From a virus, in the IMG/VR virus record IMGVR_UViG_3300036406_001149: a stretch of DNA of 64,000 bases; one strand, 5' to 3'. Positions within the stretch are counted from its first letter, which is position 1; each line of letters opens with the position of its first letter. The position numbers and the translations under genes are program-made. Below are positions 50,174 through 60,076 of the stretch, piece after piece. The notes beneath the pieces were generated by a model. That model did not search any database and was not told the DNA's origin. It was given only the letters and a program-made list of their open reading frames with translations.

Positions 50174-50890
50174 TTATACTGTGTTTTTGAAAAATTTTAA
50201 ACCTGTTATTAAACTATTTGGTGTGCCGTTATATACCGATACGCCTCTTTTTTCACACAATTCGCCATACTCACGGTATGAATTATTCATTTGATTCAGT
50301 ATTATTTTTTCTCTTTCAAGATCTGAATCGTTACAAACGCCTCCACGGCCCGTAAACCAAAACCACTCATTATACCCCATCCTAGACAAAACACTCTGAG
50401 ATTCATCATAAAAATGTTTTGTTTCACCAACATGGTTTACCCAACTATGATCTATTCCCATAAGAAGTACTTGGTCAATGCTCTCTTGTTTAGCAACATA
50501 ATAACCCATTTGCAAACCAATCTGAGCTATAGTTTCATAATGTCCCATGCGGTTTGGTATAGTTTCTGGGAATTGTCCATCATTATCCCAATAAATAACT
50601 TCATTATTTACAAATAAATTGTTATTTGTAACAATATGCTTATCCTTGATATGAATTAATACTTTTGTTTTTTTGTTTAAACAAGTTTCACACTCTTTAA
50701 ACCACGCAACTCCCATTTCATAAGTAATAGGATGGTGCAAATGTCCAAAAATATGATACTTTACATTCATATTCTGAAATTCTGGGTGAACAAAAAAATT
50801 ACTAATTGTAACACAAGGATTATCTTTTATTTTTTTTAAATCTTGGTCCTTAATAGATGGGCCGCAAGCAAATACATAGCAAGTTTTCAT
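50174..50890 (-). CDS. DUF115/MptE-like (GT29/Maf-type fold) protein
   Basis: CYVFACGPSIKDQDL...CVTISNFF...VLLMGIDHS...VYNGT. Confidence 0.7.
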   Translation of the reverse strand: MKTCYVFACGPSIKDQDLKKIKDNPCVTISNFFVHPEFQNMNVKYHIFGHLHHPITYEMGVAWFKECETCLNKKTKVLIHIKDKHIVTNNNLFVNNEVIYWDNDGQFPETIPNRMGHYETIAQIGLQMGYYVAKQESIDQVLLMGIDHSWVNHVGETKHFYDESQSVLSRMGYNEWFWFTGRGGVCNDSDLEREKIILNQMNNSYREYGELCEKRGVSVYNGTPNSLITGLKFFKNTV

Positions 50891-51747
50891 ATATAATATT
50901 TTTTATAAGTTTTTATTGTTTCATTATAATAATCATCATATATTGTTTTTAATGGCAATATTTCATTATACATACTCAATGATGTATACTCTTGATGCAT
51001 TCTTGATGGTATATAATTGTTAGTATTATACACAAATTGTGAGAAATGACTAAAATAAAGTTTTTGCTTAATACCGTTCCAAATAATATTACCCTCATCA
51101 AAATTTGAGAAATCATATAATTGCCACAACCACGGCGCACCATGACCAATTGTAGACTCATCAAAAAATAAATCATCTGGACACATCGATGAAAATGCGT
51201 CTAAATACTTTTGGTCACCACACGTTGCTAATTGTGGGTATTTTTTGTATAGAACAGCATCAGCCCACCAGTTTAAAATGTGTTTACCAACTACATCGTT
51301 ATTAAAATAACATACACCAACATTATAAGCACCTTCTGCTCTTTCGGTAGTAAATTGTCTATGTTTAAAAATACCAATAGATTTAGGTTCCATTAAGTTG
51401 TATAATTCATTAATACTTTGATGGAAATAGATATCACTATCAATATAAATTAATGGGACATTTAATTTCAACATTAAATGTTGTGTAAAATATGAAGCCA
51501 ATGAAAAACAAAAATATCTATATTCAGATTTTTTAACATTCATCAATACTTCATCATCATTAAATAAATCATTAACATTATAAGCTTTTAAATTATCACA
51601 TTCATATGTAATTAATTTATTATATGATTCATCATCAATACATAGATAATGCAAAACAAATTCACTACTATTTTTAAGTAATGAGTCATATAAAGTTATT
51701 CCTTTGACTAAATAGTTATAGTCAGATACAGTAGTTAAATTAATCAT
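50887..51747 (-). CDS. Glycosyltransferase (GT-A)
   Basis: YLVKGITLYDSL, IYIDSDIYF, GAYNVG, GDQKYLD, GHGAPW, FSHFS. Confidence 0.78.
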   Translation of the reverse strand: MINLTTVSDYNYLVKGITLYDSLLKNSSEFVLHYLCIDDESYNKLITYECDNLKAYNVNDLFNDDEVLMNVKKSEYRYFCFSLASYFTQHLMLKLNVPLIYIDSDIYFHQSINELYNLMEPKSIGIFKHRQFTTERAEGAYNVGVCYFNNDVVGKHILNWWADAVLYKKYPQLATCGDQKYLDAFSSMCPDDLFFDESTIGHGAPWLWQLYDFSNFDEGNIIWNGIKQKLYFSHFSQFVYNTNNYIPSRMHQEYTSLSMYNEILPLKTIYDDYYNETIKTYKKYYI

Positions 51748-51909
51748 GTTGCTCTTCTATATTCCTTATTCCTTATTGGACTACAGATGATTAAATTTTT
51801 TTAATCTTATTTTTAATTTCGTTTAGTGATAATATTTTCATGATAAAAGCTTTTTTATAATTTCGAAGACTTTGTGGGGATCCTCTTCTGAAAACTCTTT
51901 TATATTAGC
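51748..51909. repeat. Junction repeat copy C with frameshifted gene head
   Basis: 51807..51909 matches copy A; leftward it continues as a frameshifted head MKILSLNEIKNK..NLIICSPIRN with a 7-bp tandem duplication (TCCTTAT x2), homologous to copy D. Confidence 0.9.
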
Positions 51910-52785
51910 CTTGTATTGAATATGTTTTTCTCCCCACTCTCCTAACCAAAAGTGATTGCTTGATTTTGTACTATCACGATTATAGGTTGTGCCTAATGTT
52001 GAAAAACTTAATAAAGTTTTATTTGGATCTTCTATATTTTGTCTATTGATAGCAAAAGTAAAGGGTCCAGATGCTCTACCAATTATTACATCGCACTTTG
52101 TGCTTAAATATGATATTTCATTCAGATCTGAGCCATTTTCTTTTTTTATTATTTCAGATGCAAACAATACATTCGGATAGCTATCTCTGTCAAAATTAAA
52201 GTGATTCGTAAGTATCCATATTTTATCTGTATAAATTTTTGCCAGCTGTAGAAATATTTTAGAAAAGTCAAAATTTGATGATTGACTAGACATTGTTTGG
52301 TTATTGCAAGCTAAAACCATAATTTTGTTATTACTGCTAAATTCGTCTATATTTTTTGTGTTGATATAATCAAAATTTACACTTGGAAAAAAATCAAGAG
52401 GATCTTCGGATATGTCTTCTATGTTTATTCCAAAATAACTAAAAATATCCTTAAACATAAAATATAAACAATCAAAGTTAATTCCATTGCTTAATTTAAT
52501 ATACTTATCATGCTCGGCACGATACCAGGTATTTAAGACTACATTATTCTCATAAGTATGTATTAATTTGTTTTCTTCTGTATTTTTAAAATCTGTTAGA
52601 TGTTTGATTAATTTAAGATCCTCTGTTAGACACGGGTCATTTTTGTGGCTATAAAAAAGACCATATTCATGAAACTGGCTGACTGCTTTGGCTGAACCTT
52701 TCCATGGATGGCAAAACTTTGAAATAAAACCCCTGGAGACATGAATATCTCCGTTATTGTATTTATTGTAAAAAATAATGTTCAT
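51838..52785 (-). CDS. Hypothetical protein, GT9/GT-B-like
   Basis: NNGDIHVSRGF...ISYLSTKCDVIIGRASGPF; ends EFSEEDPHKVFEIIKKLLS*. Confidence 0.55.
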   Translation of the reverse strand: MNIIFYNKYNNGDIHVSRGFISKFCHPWKGSAKAVSQFHEYGLFYSHKNDPCLTEDLKLIKHLTDFKNTEENKLIHTYENNVVLNTWYRAEHDKYIKLSNGINFDCLYFMFKDIFSYFGINIEDISEDPLDFFPSVNFDYINTKNIDEFSSNNKIMVLACNNQTMSSQSSNFDFSKIFLQLAKIYTDKIWILTNHFNFDRDSYPNVLFASEIIKKENGSDLNEISYLSTKCDVIIGRASGPFTFAINRQNIEDPNKTLLSFSTLGTTYNRDSTKSSNHFWLGEWGEKHIQYKANIKEFSEEDPHKVFEIIKKLLS

Positions 52786-53870
52786 TTCAAATACTCTTTT
52801 ATTTTATTTACTATATATTCTATTTGTCCGTCAGTCAGAGATGGATATGATGGTAATATAATACACTGATTATTTAGCAGGTCTGAGTTTAAATTTTTTG
52901 ACTTACTACACATAATATGCTTATGTTTTGTTATATCGTAGAACATTGTTCTGGTCTCTATTCCAGCCTCAAACAAATAAAGTTGTAAATTTTGTTTCTG
53001 GGAAAGATTAAACTGATTGAGCCTGATTCCGAGCATCCATTCAGAGTGTTTTGTGTTTTTTTCAACTTTTTGAAAAGACACAGTTGTTAGTTCTTGAAGT
53101 AGGGACTTGTATAGTTCAAATATGTTGTGTTTTTTACATTGAATTTCAGGTAAGCATTCTAATTGTCCATATAAAATAGCTGCTTGAACATTGGTCATCC
53201 TGTAGTTGTAGCCCAAAACATCATGTATAAATTTTTCATTTGTTTGTCCTTGGGACTTTACTTTATTGATATACTCAAACACATCGTCGTCATCTGTTAC
53301 GAATGCCCCACCTTCGCCAGATGTAATTGTCTTATTTCCGAAAAATGATATGGATGAAGCAAATGACTCTGTTCCCGTATACTTATCGTTATATTTGCCT
53401 AAAAAGCCTTCGCAGTTATCTTCCAGTATGACTGTGTTTGGAAATTTTATTTTTAGTTCAGGCACATTAACAACGTTTCCGATATTATGCACTACCAATA
53501 TTGCTGAATCGTCGTCAATTATTGAGTCTAATTTAGAGATGTCAAAATTCCAGGTGTCAATATCAGAATCAATTGGAATAAGCTCATAGTCCTCATACAA
53601 AAAGGCATTCCATGCTGCTACATAAACATTGCTTGGAACAATAATTTTTTTAATATTAGGATGTTTGTATCTTAAAGCAATAGCCATGAGATGTGTTGCT
53701 GATGTTCCGTTGTTCGTTAATATGACTCTTTGATAGCCAAGGATATTTTTTACTTTATTTTTAGACGAATCCAGGTACTCTCCTTGTGAAGAAACCCAAC
53801 CAGAGTTTATGGCATCGTGTGCGTAACTTAGATTTTCCTCAGTAAAATATGGTTGATAAATAGGTATCAT
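52782..53870 (-). CDS. DegT-family aminotransferase, perosamine synthase-like
   Basis: MIPIYQP, SGWVSSQG, NNGTSATHL, LEDNCE, SFFGNKTITSGEGG, GYNYRMTNVQAA. Confidence 0.92.
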   Translation of the reverse strand: MIPIYQPYFTEENLSYAHDAINSGWVSSQGEYLDSSKNKVKNILGYQRVILTNNGTSATHLMAIALRYKHPNIKKIIVPSNVYVAAWNAFLYEDYELIPIDSDIDTWNFDISKLDSIIDDDSAILVVHNIGNVVNVPELKIKFPNTVILEDNCEGFLGKYNDKYTGTESFASSISFFGNKTITSGEGGAFVTDDDDVFEYINKVKSQGQTNEKFIHDVLGYNYRMTNVQAAILYGQLECLPEIQCKKHNIFELYKSLLQELTTVSFQKVEKNTKHSEWMLGIRLNQFNLSQKQNLQLYLFEAGIETRTMFYDITKHKHIMCSKSKNLNSDLLNNQCIILPSYPSLTDGQIEYIVNKIKEYLK

Positions 53871-53887
53871 TATGTCCTGTATTATCC

Positions 53888-54739
53888 TTATTGTATTAAA
53901 TGCTTTTGAAATTCGTCCACGCTACTAAACAAATTTTTGTTTCGTTTTGTATAAAAAGCATTTCTATAAATGCCGTTTGTTAAAGAGACCAATTTATCTG
54001 TAAAAAGAGATAAACAAAAAAATCCGCCACCACCAAAAACGTATGTCTTGTTAGAATTCATAATTATTCCACAATCTTCTAAAATTTTACTCAATGAAAA
54101 TGTATTAAAATCAAAGTTTTCTATAGTTAAATCTATTATTTTATTTTGAGCAATATTTTCTTTACAATTTTGATAAATAGAATATATGTTCTTTTTACTA
54201 TGAAGTGCGTATTCTCCAGAGTATTCTACTTGTCTTTCTCCAAGTAGAACAACTTTACCCTCAAAAGTATTTACTGAGCGGAAAAAATTTGTTGAAACTT
54301 GAGAAAAAACATCTAGATTCAAGTCTCTTACCTTTGTGAAAATTACAATATAGTTATCTTGATAAACCTTGTTTTTAATAATAAGTTTGTTTTTTATAGT
54401 GTCAATTACTGATGAATTATTTAGAATTTTACCGTCTCTTAGGAAGTCTGTGTCCCAAATGCGGTTGGTCTCATTTATATTATTTAAAATTTTGATATCA
54501 TAATTTGATAAAAAGTATTTAATGTATTCATGGCAAAATATTTCGTATTCACCGCTATTTTTTCTATAAATACGCAACGTATCTTTAGATAGAAAATACT
54601 CGACAGGTTCATTTTCTTTATGTTCTGCAAGTATTGCGCTACAGAAAAAAATAAGATCGCCTATACCAATACATTTAATTAAGTATTTTGTGTTAATATA
54701 ATTAGTATGTTTTGTGGGACCTTTGTATAAACTTACCAT
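53888..54739 (-). CDS. Hypothetical protein
   Basis: 283 aa intact ORF (GIGDLIF N-terminal motif; possibly GT-like). Confidence 0.5.
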   Translation of the reverse strand: MVSLYKGPTKHTNYINTKYLIKCIGIGDLIFFCSAILAEHKENEPVEYFLSKDTLRIYRKNSGEYEIFCHEYIKYFLSNYDIKILNNINETNRIWDTDFLRDGKILNNSSVIDTIKNKLIIKNKVYQDNYIVIFTKVRDLNLDVFSQVSTNFFRSVNTFEGKVVLLGERQVEYSGEYALHSKKNIYSIYQNCKENIAQNKIIDLTIENFDFNTFSLSKILEDCGIIMNSNKTYVFGGGGFFCLSLFTDKLVSLTNGIYRNAFYTKRNKNLFSSVDEFQKHLIQ

Positions 54740-55010
54740 TATCTAAATTTTCTCCACTCAATTTAGCCTCTATTATTTCAATTATTTTTTGATCCACTTC
54801 GTTAATTAATTGGTTTCTTTGAACATTGAGATCACATGCTTTTTTAAGACATTCCCATAAATTTTTTGCTCCATTTTCATCTTCAAAATATTTTTTTTTG
54901 TATTCTTCAAAACTCATTCTTCGTATTTCATATAATAATTCTTGATTATTCCACATTTTTAAATCAACCGTAGTTAATTTGTCAATCACGCTACCGAGTG
55001 TATCAGCCAT
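54702..55010 (-). CDS. Small helical protein (DUF4254-like)
   Basis: TLGSVIDKLTTVDLKMW..QE...LNVQRNQLINEVD. Confidence 0.65.
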   Translation of the reverse strand: MADTLGSVIDKLTTVDLKMWNNQELLYEIRRMSFEEYKKKYFEDENGAKNLWECLKKACDLNVQRNQLINEVDQKIIEIIEAKLSGENLDNGKFIQRSHKTY

Positions 55011-55683
55011 TGTTTGCTCCTTGAGTGTTAGAATATATTAATTTATTGTTCCATTTAAAGCTTGGATATTCTTTGTTGTAACTTTGGATCATCTCATAGT
55101 TTTTTGATAAGCTTCCCATGCTAAGATAACAGTTGTTAAAATAATAAGAATCTATTTTATAGCCCAATTCTTTCAATATAGATAAGCGCTCACTCCAATC
55201 ATACCCACATTCAATAACTAAAATACTAGGTAGCAATGTTTTATCCATTAATTTCCAAGAATTTAATACTGTTTTTTCATGACCCTCAATATCTAAAACT
55301 ACTATGTCAAAAACTATTTTAAGTTTTTTAAGTAAGCTATCATAGGTTATTGCCTCAACTTCAATCTCCTTAAAAGTAGATCCGTATTGACTTAGTTCTT
55401 CTAGATGTTCTTGAGAATATTCGCAACTGCTGTTTGCCGGATGAGAAGAAATAATAAATTTTATAACTCCATCAAGATTAGACAGAGCAAAGTTGAGGGT
55501 GTTTTTTCTAAATTTTTGCAACAATAGGTGGTCTTCTTTGTTTGCCTCAATGCACCAGCAATTATTGTCTGGTTCAAACTCTAGAGTTTCTTCTCCATGT
55601 GTGTGGGAGCCACACTCTAAAATGTTTAAATCAATCCAATTTAATTGGTAAATATCTTTTAGTATCTGACTAATTTTTTTCAT
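55003..55683 (-). CDS. FkbM-family methyltransferase
   Basis: LECGSH.G, CIEAN, NFALSN, IVVLDIEGHE, VIE. Confidence 0.8.
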   Translation of the reverse strand: MKKISQILKDIYQLNWIDLNILECGSHTHGEETLEFEPDNNCWCIEANKEDHLLLQKFRKNTLNFALSNLDGVIKFIISSHPANSSCEYSQEHLEELSQYGSTFKEIEVEAITYDSLLKKLKIVFDIVVLDIEGHEKTVLNSWKLMDKTLLPSILVIECGYDWSERLSILKELGYKIDSYYFNNCYLSMGSLSKNYEMIQSYNKEYPSFKWNNKLIYSNTQGANNG

Positions 55684-56257
55684 TTTGACTCATTTCAATA
55701 TCTTTTTGCATCATAAGAAGCTTTTCAATATTTCTTGTCTTAATAATTTTGATATTAGTTCCATCAGCGATACAAACAGAACCGGCAGGTATATTTTTGC
55801 GAATAATTGAACCAATGCTAGTTGTAGCCCCGTCACCAATATTTACACCCGGCAATACCGTTGTCCGACTACCTAAAGACACCGCTTTACCTATATAAAT
55901 ATCTCCACATCTAACTTTTTTGTATTGTTCAGGAATGTACGGTAATGAGGCGAGGTGGTCGCCAATAAAGTCATCAGTTGCAGTGTATAAATAAGCACCA
56001 TTAGACATTACGGAACAAGAATCTATTATTATTTTTCCACCAGACCCAGATAAAACACTATGTGGTCCTATATGAATATTACTTTTTAAGCAAATATTAC
56101 CCTTAAGTATACAATAAGCATCAATACGTATGTTGCTACCGATTTCCATATTCTTTTCGCCAACAAATACGCAGGTAGAATCTATTTGTATATTTTTACC
56201 TATAGACTTAAAGCCAAAATCTTGAAGATCGTGTTCTGTGAGGTATTTGGATTTCAT
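55670..56257 (-). CDS. Hexapeptide-repeat sugar acetyltransferase
   Basis: IGKNIQID...IGSNIRIDAYC...TATDDF.G...LGSRTTVLPGVNIGDGA. Confidence 0.88.
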   Translation of the reverse strand: MKSKYLTEHDLQDFGFKSIGKNIQIDSTCVFVGEKNMEIGSNIRIDAYCILKGNICLKSNIHIGPHSVLSGSGGKIIIDSCSVMSNGAYLYTATDDFIGDHLASLPYIPEQYKKVRCGDIYIGKAVSLGSRTTVLPGVNIGDGATTSIGSIIRKNIPAGSVCIADGTNIKIIKTRNIEKLLMMQKDIEMSQNEKN

Positions 56258-56499
56258 ATTCCCCAGTCCATATCAGGCATCTTGGCCACTTTTAATTTGG
56301 CTAATGATTCTCACGGCTCTAGACTCCCTTTGTAGTCTGTTTCTTTTTGTGTATAATTGCAGCGCTATATTTTTTTCTTATGTGTGATATCTTGTCAATA
56401 TTTGAAAAAGACTTTGCGAAATGTTCTTCTATGTTCCTTATTGAACCATAGATGATCAAGTTTGTTTTTAGCTTCGTCTAGAGATGATATTTTTCTCAT
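56254..56499 (-). pseudogene. Mosaic of gene remnants including junction repeat copy D
   Basis: MRKISSLDEAKNK then (frameshift) LIIYGSIRNIEEHFAKSFSNIDKIS; 56462..56485 is 23/24 identical to copy B. A separate tail TDYKGSLEP*ESLAKLKVAKMPDMDWGI* ends overlapping the acetyltransferase ATG. Confidence 0.7.
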
Positions 56500-56530
56500 A
56501 TTTGTAGATTAGAAACCCATGTTTTTCTGC

Positions 56531-56896
56531 TTATGTTGAGAAATATTGGATTACTTTATTGTTAAAACTTTCTTTTCTATTGTACTGATGAATAATTGAA
56601 TACGCCTTATTCAGGTTGTCTGTGATTTTAATTCCGTCAATATTAATTCCGTGACTATTGATGAGCTTATCAGAAAAACCAAAACCAGCATCTACGGGGC
56701 CGTCGTGTAGTTTCGCATATTTATAGAACCTATGTTCTTTTTTCCCGTGTAGAATGTAGTGTCTAATAGCATTTTCTTCTGTAAGAATACCCTGTTGTTT
56801 TAGATCAGGATTGAGGTTTAAATATATTGTATAATTAAAATCAGAAGGAATGAGATCTGGTCTCTTTTGAGAAAGATTTTGTATATATTGACTCAT
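56531..56896 (-). CDS. Hypothetical protein carrying a stand-alone DF...Y...NPDL...HY...G..E.R module
   Basis: DFNYTIYLNLNPDL...HYILHGKKEHRFYK, same module as the N-terminus of 36969..39116. Confidence 0.55.
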   Translation of the reverse strand: MSQYIQNLSQKRPDLIPSDFNYTIYLNLNPDLKQQGILTEENAIRHYILHGKKEHRFYKYAKLHDGPVDAGFGFSDKLINSHGINIDGIKITDNLNKAYSIIHQYNRKESFNNKVIQYFST

Positions 56897-57849
56897 ATTT
56901 TATTTTGTATTATAGTCTGAAAATTAAGCTTGTGATATTTTTGATACGAACAACTGATAAAATCTTGCCACTTGATAATAAGACTGTCTTCGGTGTCGTT
57001 CAATACGGATCCCCATAGATTAGGATTTTCTCTGATATAGCACTTTCGATTATGTAATACAATTATATGAAACTTATTCTTATCTGAGTAATTGCATATT
57101 AGTTTATATTGTTTTTTGCGTCTGGCTTCATATATCCATAATTTATTATAGTAGACTAGATAACAAAAAACTCTTTCCAGAGAATGACAAAACGTCCCTC
57201 CGTCTATTCTGTCTTCTACTTTTGCTACTTCTCGATTTACAAGAGACAACAAATAAGATGATGATTCTGTATTAAAATATTTTTTGAACAGAGATGTTCT
57301 GGACATAAACATTGTACCAGCAATAAAATTTTTATTAGAAATTTTATTATATTTAATATTTAAGTAATTACATAATGATTTTATTTTTTTATGATTGGAA
57401 GTTTCGTAGTTTTTTAGTAAAAGAGCTGTATTAGCAATCATGCCGCATTTAGGATTAGTCATAAAATTATTAATATTAGACAATAGAGTTTCTTTGGAAC
57501 CTATTAAATCATTAAATAACATGCCTCTCCAATCCGCTAAATATCTTTTAGTTAAAATAGATATCTTAGAATGTAATTTAATAAAAAGCGGATGTTCGTT
57601 AGGATCTATATTAGAAATTTCATGTAAGAAAGAAGATACATCTCCTCCAATATTTGGATAAATTTTTATGCTAAAATCACTAATTGAATTTTGTATATCG
57701 TCAATAACAACCTTGTTAGCGACTGAATGATCTTCACACAAACACATATATAATTTAATATATGGATTAAGTGGCTTAAGTAAAGATAGTAGCTCAGGCC
57801 ATATCTCTGTGTGGTACAACCACACTATAACAGCAATTTTTTTAGGCAC
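56893..57849 (-). CDS. Rhamnan synthesis protein F (RgpF)-like
   Basis: IAVIVWLYH, NIGGDVSSF, IKLHSK, WRGMLFNDLIGS, FIAGTMF, HSLERVF; GTG 57849 (VPKKIAV) chosen because it parallels the paralog start; track extends to 57948. Confidence 0.82.
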   Translation of the reverse strand: MPKKIAVIVWLYHTEIWPELLSLLKPLNPYIKLYMCLCEDHSVANKVVIDDIQNSISDFSIKIYPNIGGDVSSFLHEISNIDPNEHPLFIKLHSKISILTKRYLADWRGMLFNDLIGSKETLLSNINNFMTNPKCGMIANTALLLKNYETSNHKKIKSLCNYLNIKYNKISNKNFIAGTMFMSRTSLFKKYFNTESSSYLLSLVNREVAKVEDRIDGGTFCHSLERVFCYLVYYNKLWIYEARRKKQYKLICNYSDKNKFHIIVLHNRKCYIRENPNLWGSVLNDTEDSLIIKWQDFISCSYQKYHKLNFQTIIQNKI

Positions 57850-58780
57850 GATGATAGAACTCCGTTTTGTGTGTGTTAGAGTAATCTTTAAAATATCTGT
57901 ATTTTTTTTGTTTACTAGAATCTGTAATATATAACCAATAAATATCAAAATATTCTGGATGGTGATCTATAATTTTCCCGTATATGTGTGCGTTTTCTTG
58001 AATATAACATTGATTATTGTATAAATGAACCAGATTCAAAAATGACTCAGATGTTAACTGATTAGTTAGATCGGATTGTATTTTTATGGTTGGAATATCA
58101 GATGCTCCTATATTAGAAACATAACCAAATACTCTTTCCATAGCATGACAATATGTTCCTATTTTTTTTTCTTTTACTTTTAAAGTTTCTTGCGACAGCA
58201 AACTATGAATATAGTCAAAATGATCAAGAAACACTCGCAAGTTACTGCACTTGGACATAAACATCGTCCCCGCACAAAAGTCTTTGCTGTTCGACACAAC
58301 GTTGCAACTCTGCATAATTTCTATTATTTTATTTGTATGAAATGATTCTCTATTATGAAAAATAAAGAATTTATTACCCAACATGTTATATTGATTATTT
58401 TCTAATTTATATAAATTATTAGCTAAAATAGTTGGAGATCCTATTAGATCATTTAAGAGCATTGCTCTCCATTCACAATGTCTATAAACTCCCCATTTGC
58501 TTTTTTTAGAATGTATTTTAATACAGTATTCATATTTATCAATAATTTGTTCTAATTGATATAAAAAGGGTAATATATCCGCCCCTTCATTATTAAATAA
58601 ATTAATATAGATATTAGAAAAATAGTTAGTAAATAATTTGATTGTTTGATCATCACAATCTTTTGGTAATCCTAAAAATAAATCTATATATTCTTTTAAT
58701 GGATATAATAATTTAAAATACTCTTCTCTGAGCTGTTCATGAAATAGCCACAAACATACTGCTATTTTTTTAGTTTTCAT
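57842..58780 (-). CDS. Rhamnan synthesis protein F (RgpF)-like, tandem paralog
   Basis: IAVCLWLFH, NEGADILPF, IKIHSKKS, WRAMLLNDLIGS, FCAGTMF, HAMERVF. Confidence 0.82.
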   Translation of the reverse strand: MKTKKIAVCLWLFHEQLREEYFKLLYPLKEYIDLFLGLPKDCDDQTIKLFTNYFSNIYINLFNNEGADILPFLYQLEQIIDKYEYCIKIHSKKSKWGVYRHCEWRAMLLNDLIGSPTILANNLYKLENNQYNMLGNKFFIFHNRESFHTNKIIEIMQSCNVVSNSKDFCAGTMFMSKCSNLRVFLDHFDYIHSLLSQETLKVKEKKIGTYCHAMERVFGYVSNIGASDIPTIKIQSDLTNQLTSESFLNLVHLYNNQCYIQENAHIYGKIIDHHPEYFDIYWLYITDSSKQKKYRYFKDYSNTHKTEFYHRA

Positions 58781-58872
58781 AAACCTTATACTAATGAATA
58801 TTCCTTTAGTATACTACTGTTCCTATTCTTAATATCCGTTATTTGTCGAGACTTGCCGTGTATCTTGTTATA

Positions 58873-58889
58873 TTAGCTGTTTCAGCTAA
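58873..58889. terminator. Hairpin at the boundary between the right-hand module and the glycan island
   Basis: TTAGCTG-TTT-CAGCTAA perfect 7-bp stem in a 139-bp intergenic gap; no strong U-tract, so terminator role is uncertain. Confidence 0.35.
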
Positions 58890-58919
58890 AGACACAAAAG
58901 AAGCCTATGGTCCATTAAA

Positions 58920-59174
58920 TTAATCGCTTTTTTTTGTTAGTTTATTGTACAATAAAATTGATACACATGCTCCAGCAATACCCATAAATAAGCCAGCTGG
59001 TTCCAAAGAACTATATTTGCCCAATAAATAAAGTATAGCTCCTCCCATGTATGAGCCAGCCACACCGAGAGCCACTGTTTTTAAGAAACCAAAATTTTCT
59101 TCGCCAGGAATAATAGACTTAGCTATACTCCCAACAAATATTCCATATATACACCACGTTAATAAGCTAACCAT
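58920..59174 (-). CDS. GlsB/YeaQ/YmgE (transglycosylase-associated) membrane protein
   Basis: WCIYGIFVGSIAKSIIPG...LGVAGSYMGG; three TM segments. Confidence 0.85.
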   Translation of the reverse strand: MVSLLTWCIYGIFVGSIAKSIIPGEENFGFLKTVALGVAGSYMGGAILYLLGKYSSLEPAGLFMGIAGACVSILLYNKLTKKSD

Positions 59175-59562
59175 TTGAAGTCTCCATTAAAGCTGTAAGT
59201 TCATCTTCCGTGAGGTTTTCTCCTGTATTTAAAATAGCATCAACTAAACTTGCTCCATAATCTCTATAATCTTCTTTATCTAATTCTCTACGTATAATTT
59301 TTTTCAATCTCATTTTGGTAAACCAGCCTCGTTTAATTGATAGCTGTTTGATTTGTGCGCCATATGTGTCACATTTTTCTTTAAATTTTAAACCATCTAA
59401 TTTAGATTTATTACATTCTTGAATAGTTCTTATTGCTGTCAAAATGATACTAATAATCATCAGTATTACTATGACACTACCATATTTATCTTTATTTTGC
59501 ATTGGCACCTGAGCCAACACCTTTTCTGCTAAATTTTTAAGAATGATCTCATTATTACTCAT
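59167..59562 (-). CDS. Hypothetical membrane protein
   Basis: One TM helix (GSVIVILMIISIILTAI). Confidence 0.6.
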   Translation of the reverse strand: MSNNEIILKNLAEKVLAQVPMQNKDKYGSVIVILMIISIILTAIRTIQECNKSKLDGLKFKEKCDTYGAQIKQLSIKRGWFTKMRLKKIIRRELDKEDYRDYGASLVDAILNTGENLTEDELTALMETSNG

Positions 59563-59567
59563 GGGTA

Positions 59568-59876
59568 TTATTTCTTAATAAGTTGTGTTTTACAGTTTTT
59601 AAGGTCTTGAGAATTAGCTGTTGTGGGAGCTTCTTCACAATATTGACAATCGATTTTTTTGATACCATCTCCACTTATATACCATCCCTTGCCCTTGCAT
59701 ACTGGACAGTCTTTTCTCTTATATTTTTTAGTAACTTCTTGTGAATGCTTGGCTTTAATTATGCCGCCAGCAAGTGTTACAGGGGCTGTTGTTGACCCAT
59801 AATAGCGTCCCTCAGCAAATAATAAACTGACACAGAATAAACCAATAAATAATTTATTCATTTTCGTTCTCTCCAC
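59568..59876 (-). CDS. Exported/membrane protein with DnaJ-like Zn finger
   Basis: Hydrophobic N-terminus (likely start MNKLF) and CPVCKGKG...CQYC. Confidence 0.6.
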   Translation of the reverse strand: MERTKMNKLFIGLFCVSLLFAEGRYYGSTTAPVTLAGGIIKAKHSQEVTKKYKRKDCPVCKGKGWYISGDGIKKIDCQYCEEAPTTANSQDLKNCKTQLIKK

Positions 59877-60046
59877 GGAAGGATATTGTCCACCAAATCT
59901 TTCAAGGGTCTTTTTGGTTTTGGTTTTACTGGACTGTCTGGTTTATTTTCAGGAGTACTTTTATCAAACATCTTAATGATAGCTAAGATAAAATCTAAAA
60001 GCATTTGTATTGCTCTGTTGAGAGCTATTCTATCTATTAATCTCAT
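59858..60046 (-). CDS. Small hypothetical protein
   Basis: 62 aa, preceded by the TGGTGTA motif. Confidence 0.55.
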   Translation of the reverse strand: MRLIDRIALNRAIQMLLDFILAIIKMFDKSTPENKPDSPVKPKPKRPLKDLVDNILPWRERK

Positions 60047-60076
60047 AGAAATAATCTCTGTAAAAAGAAAGGATAC

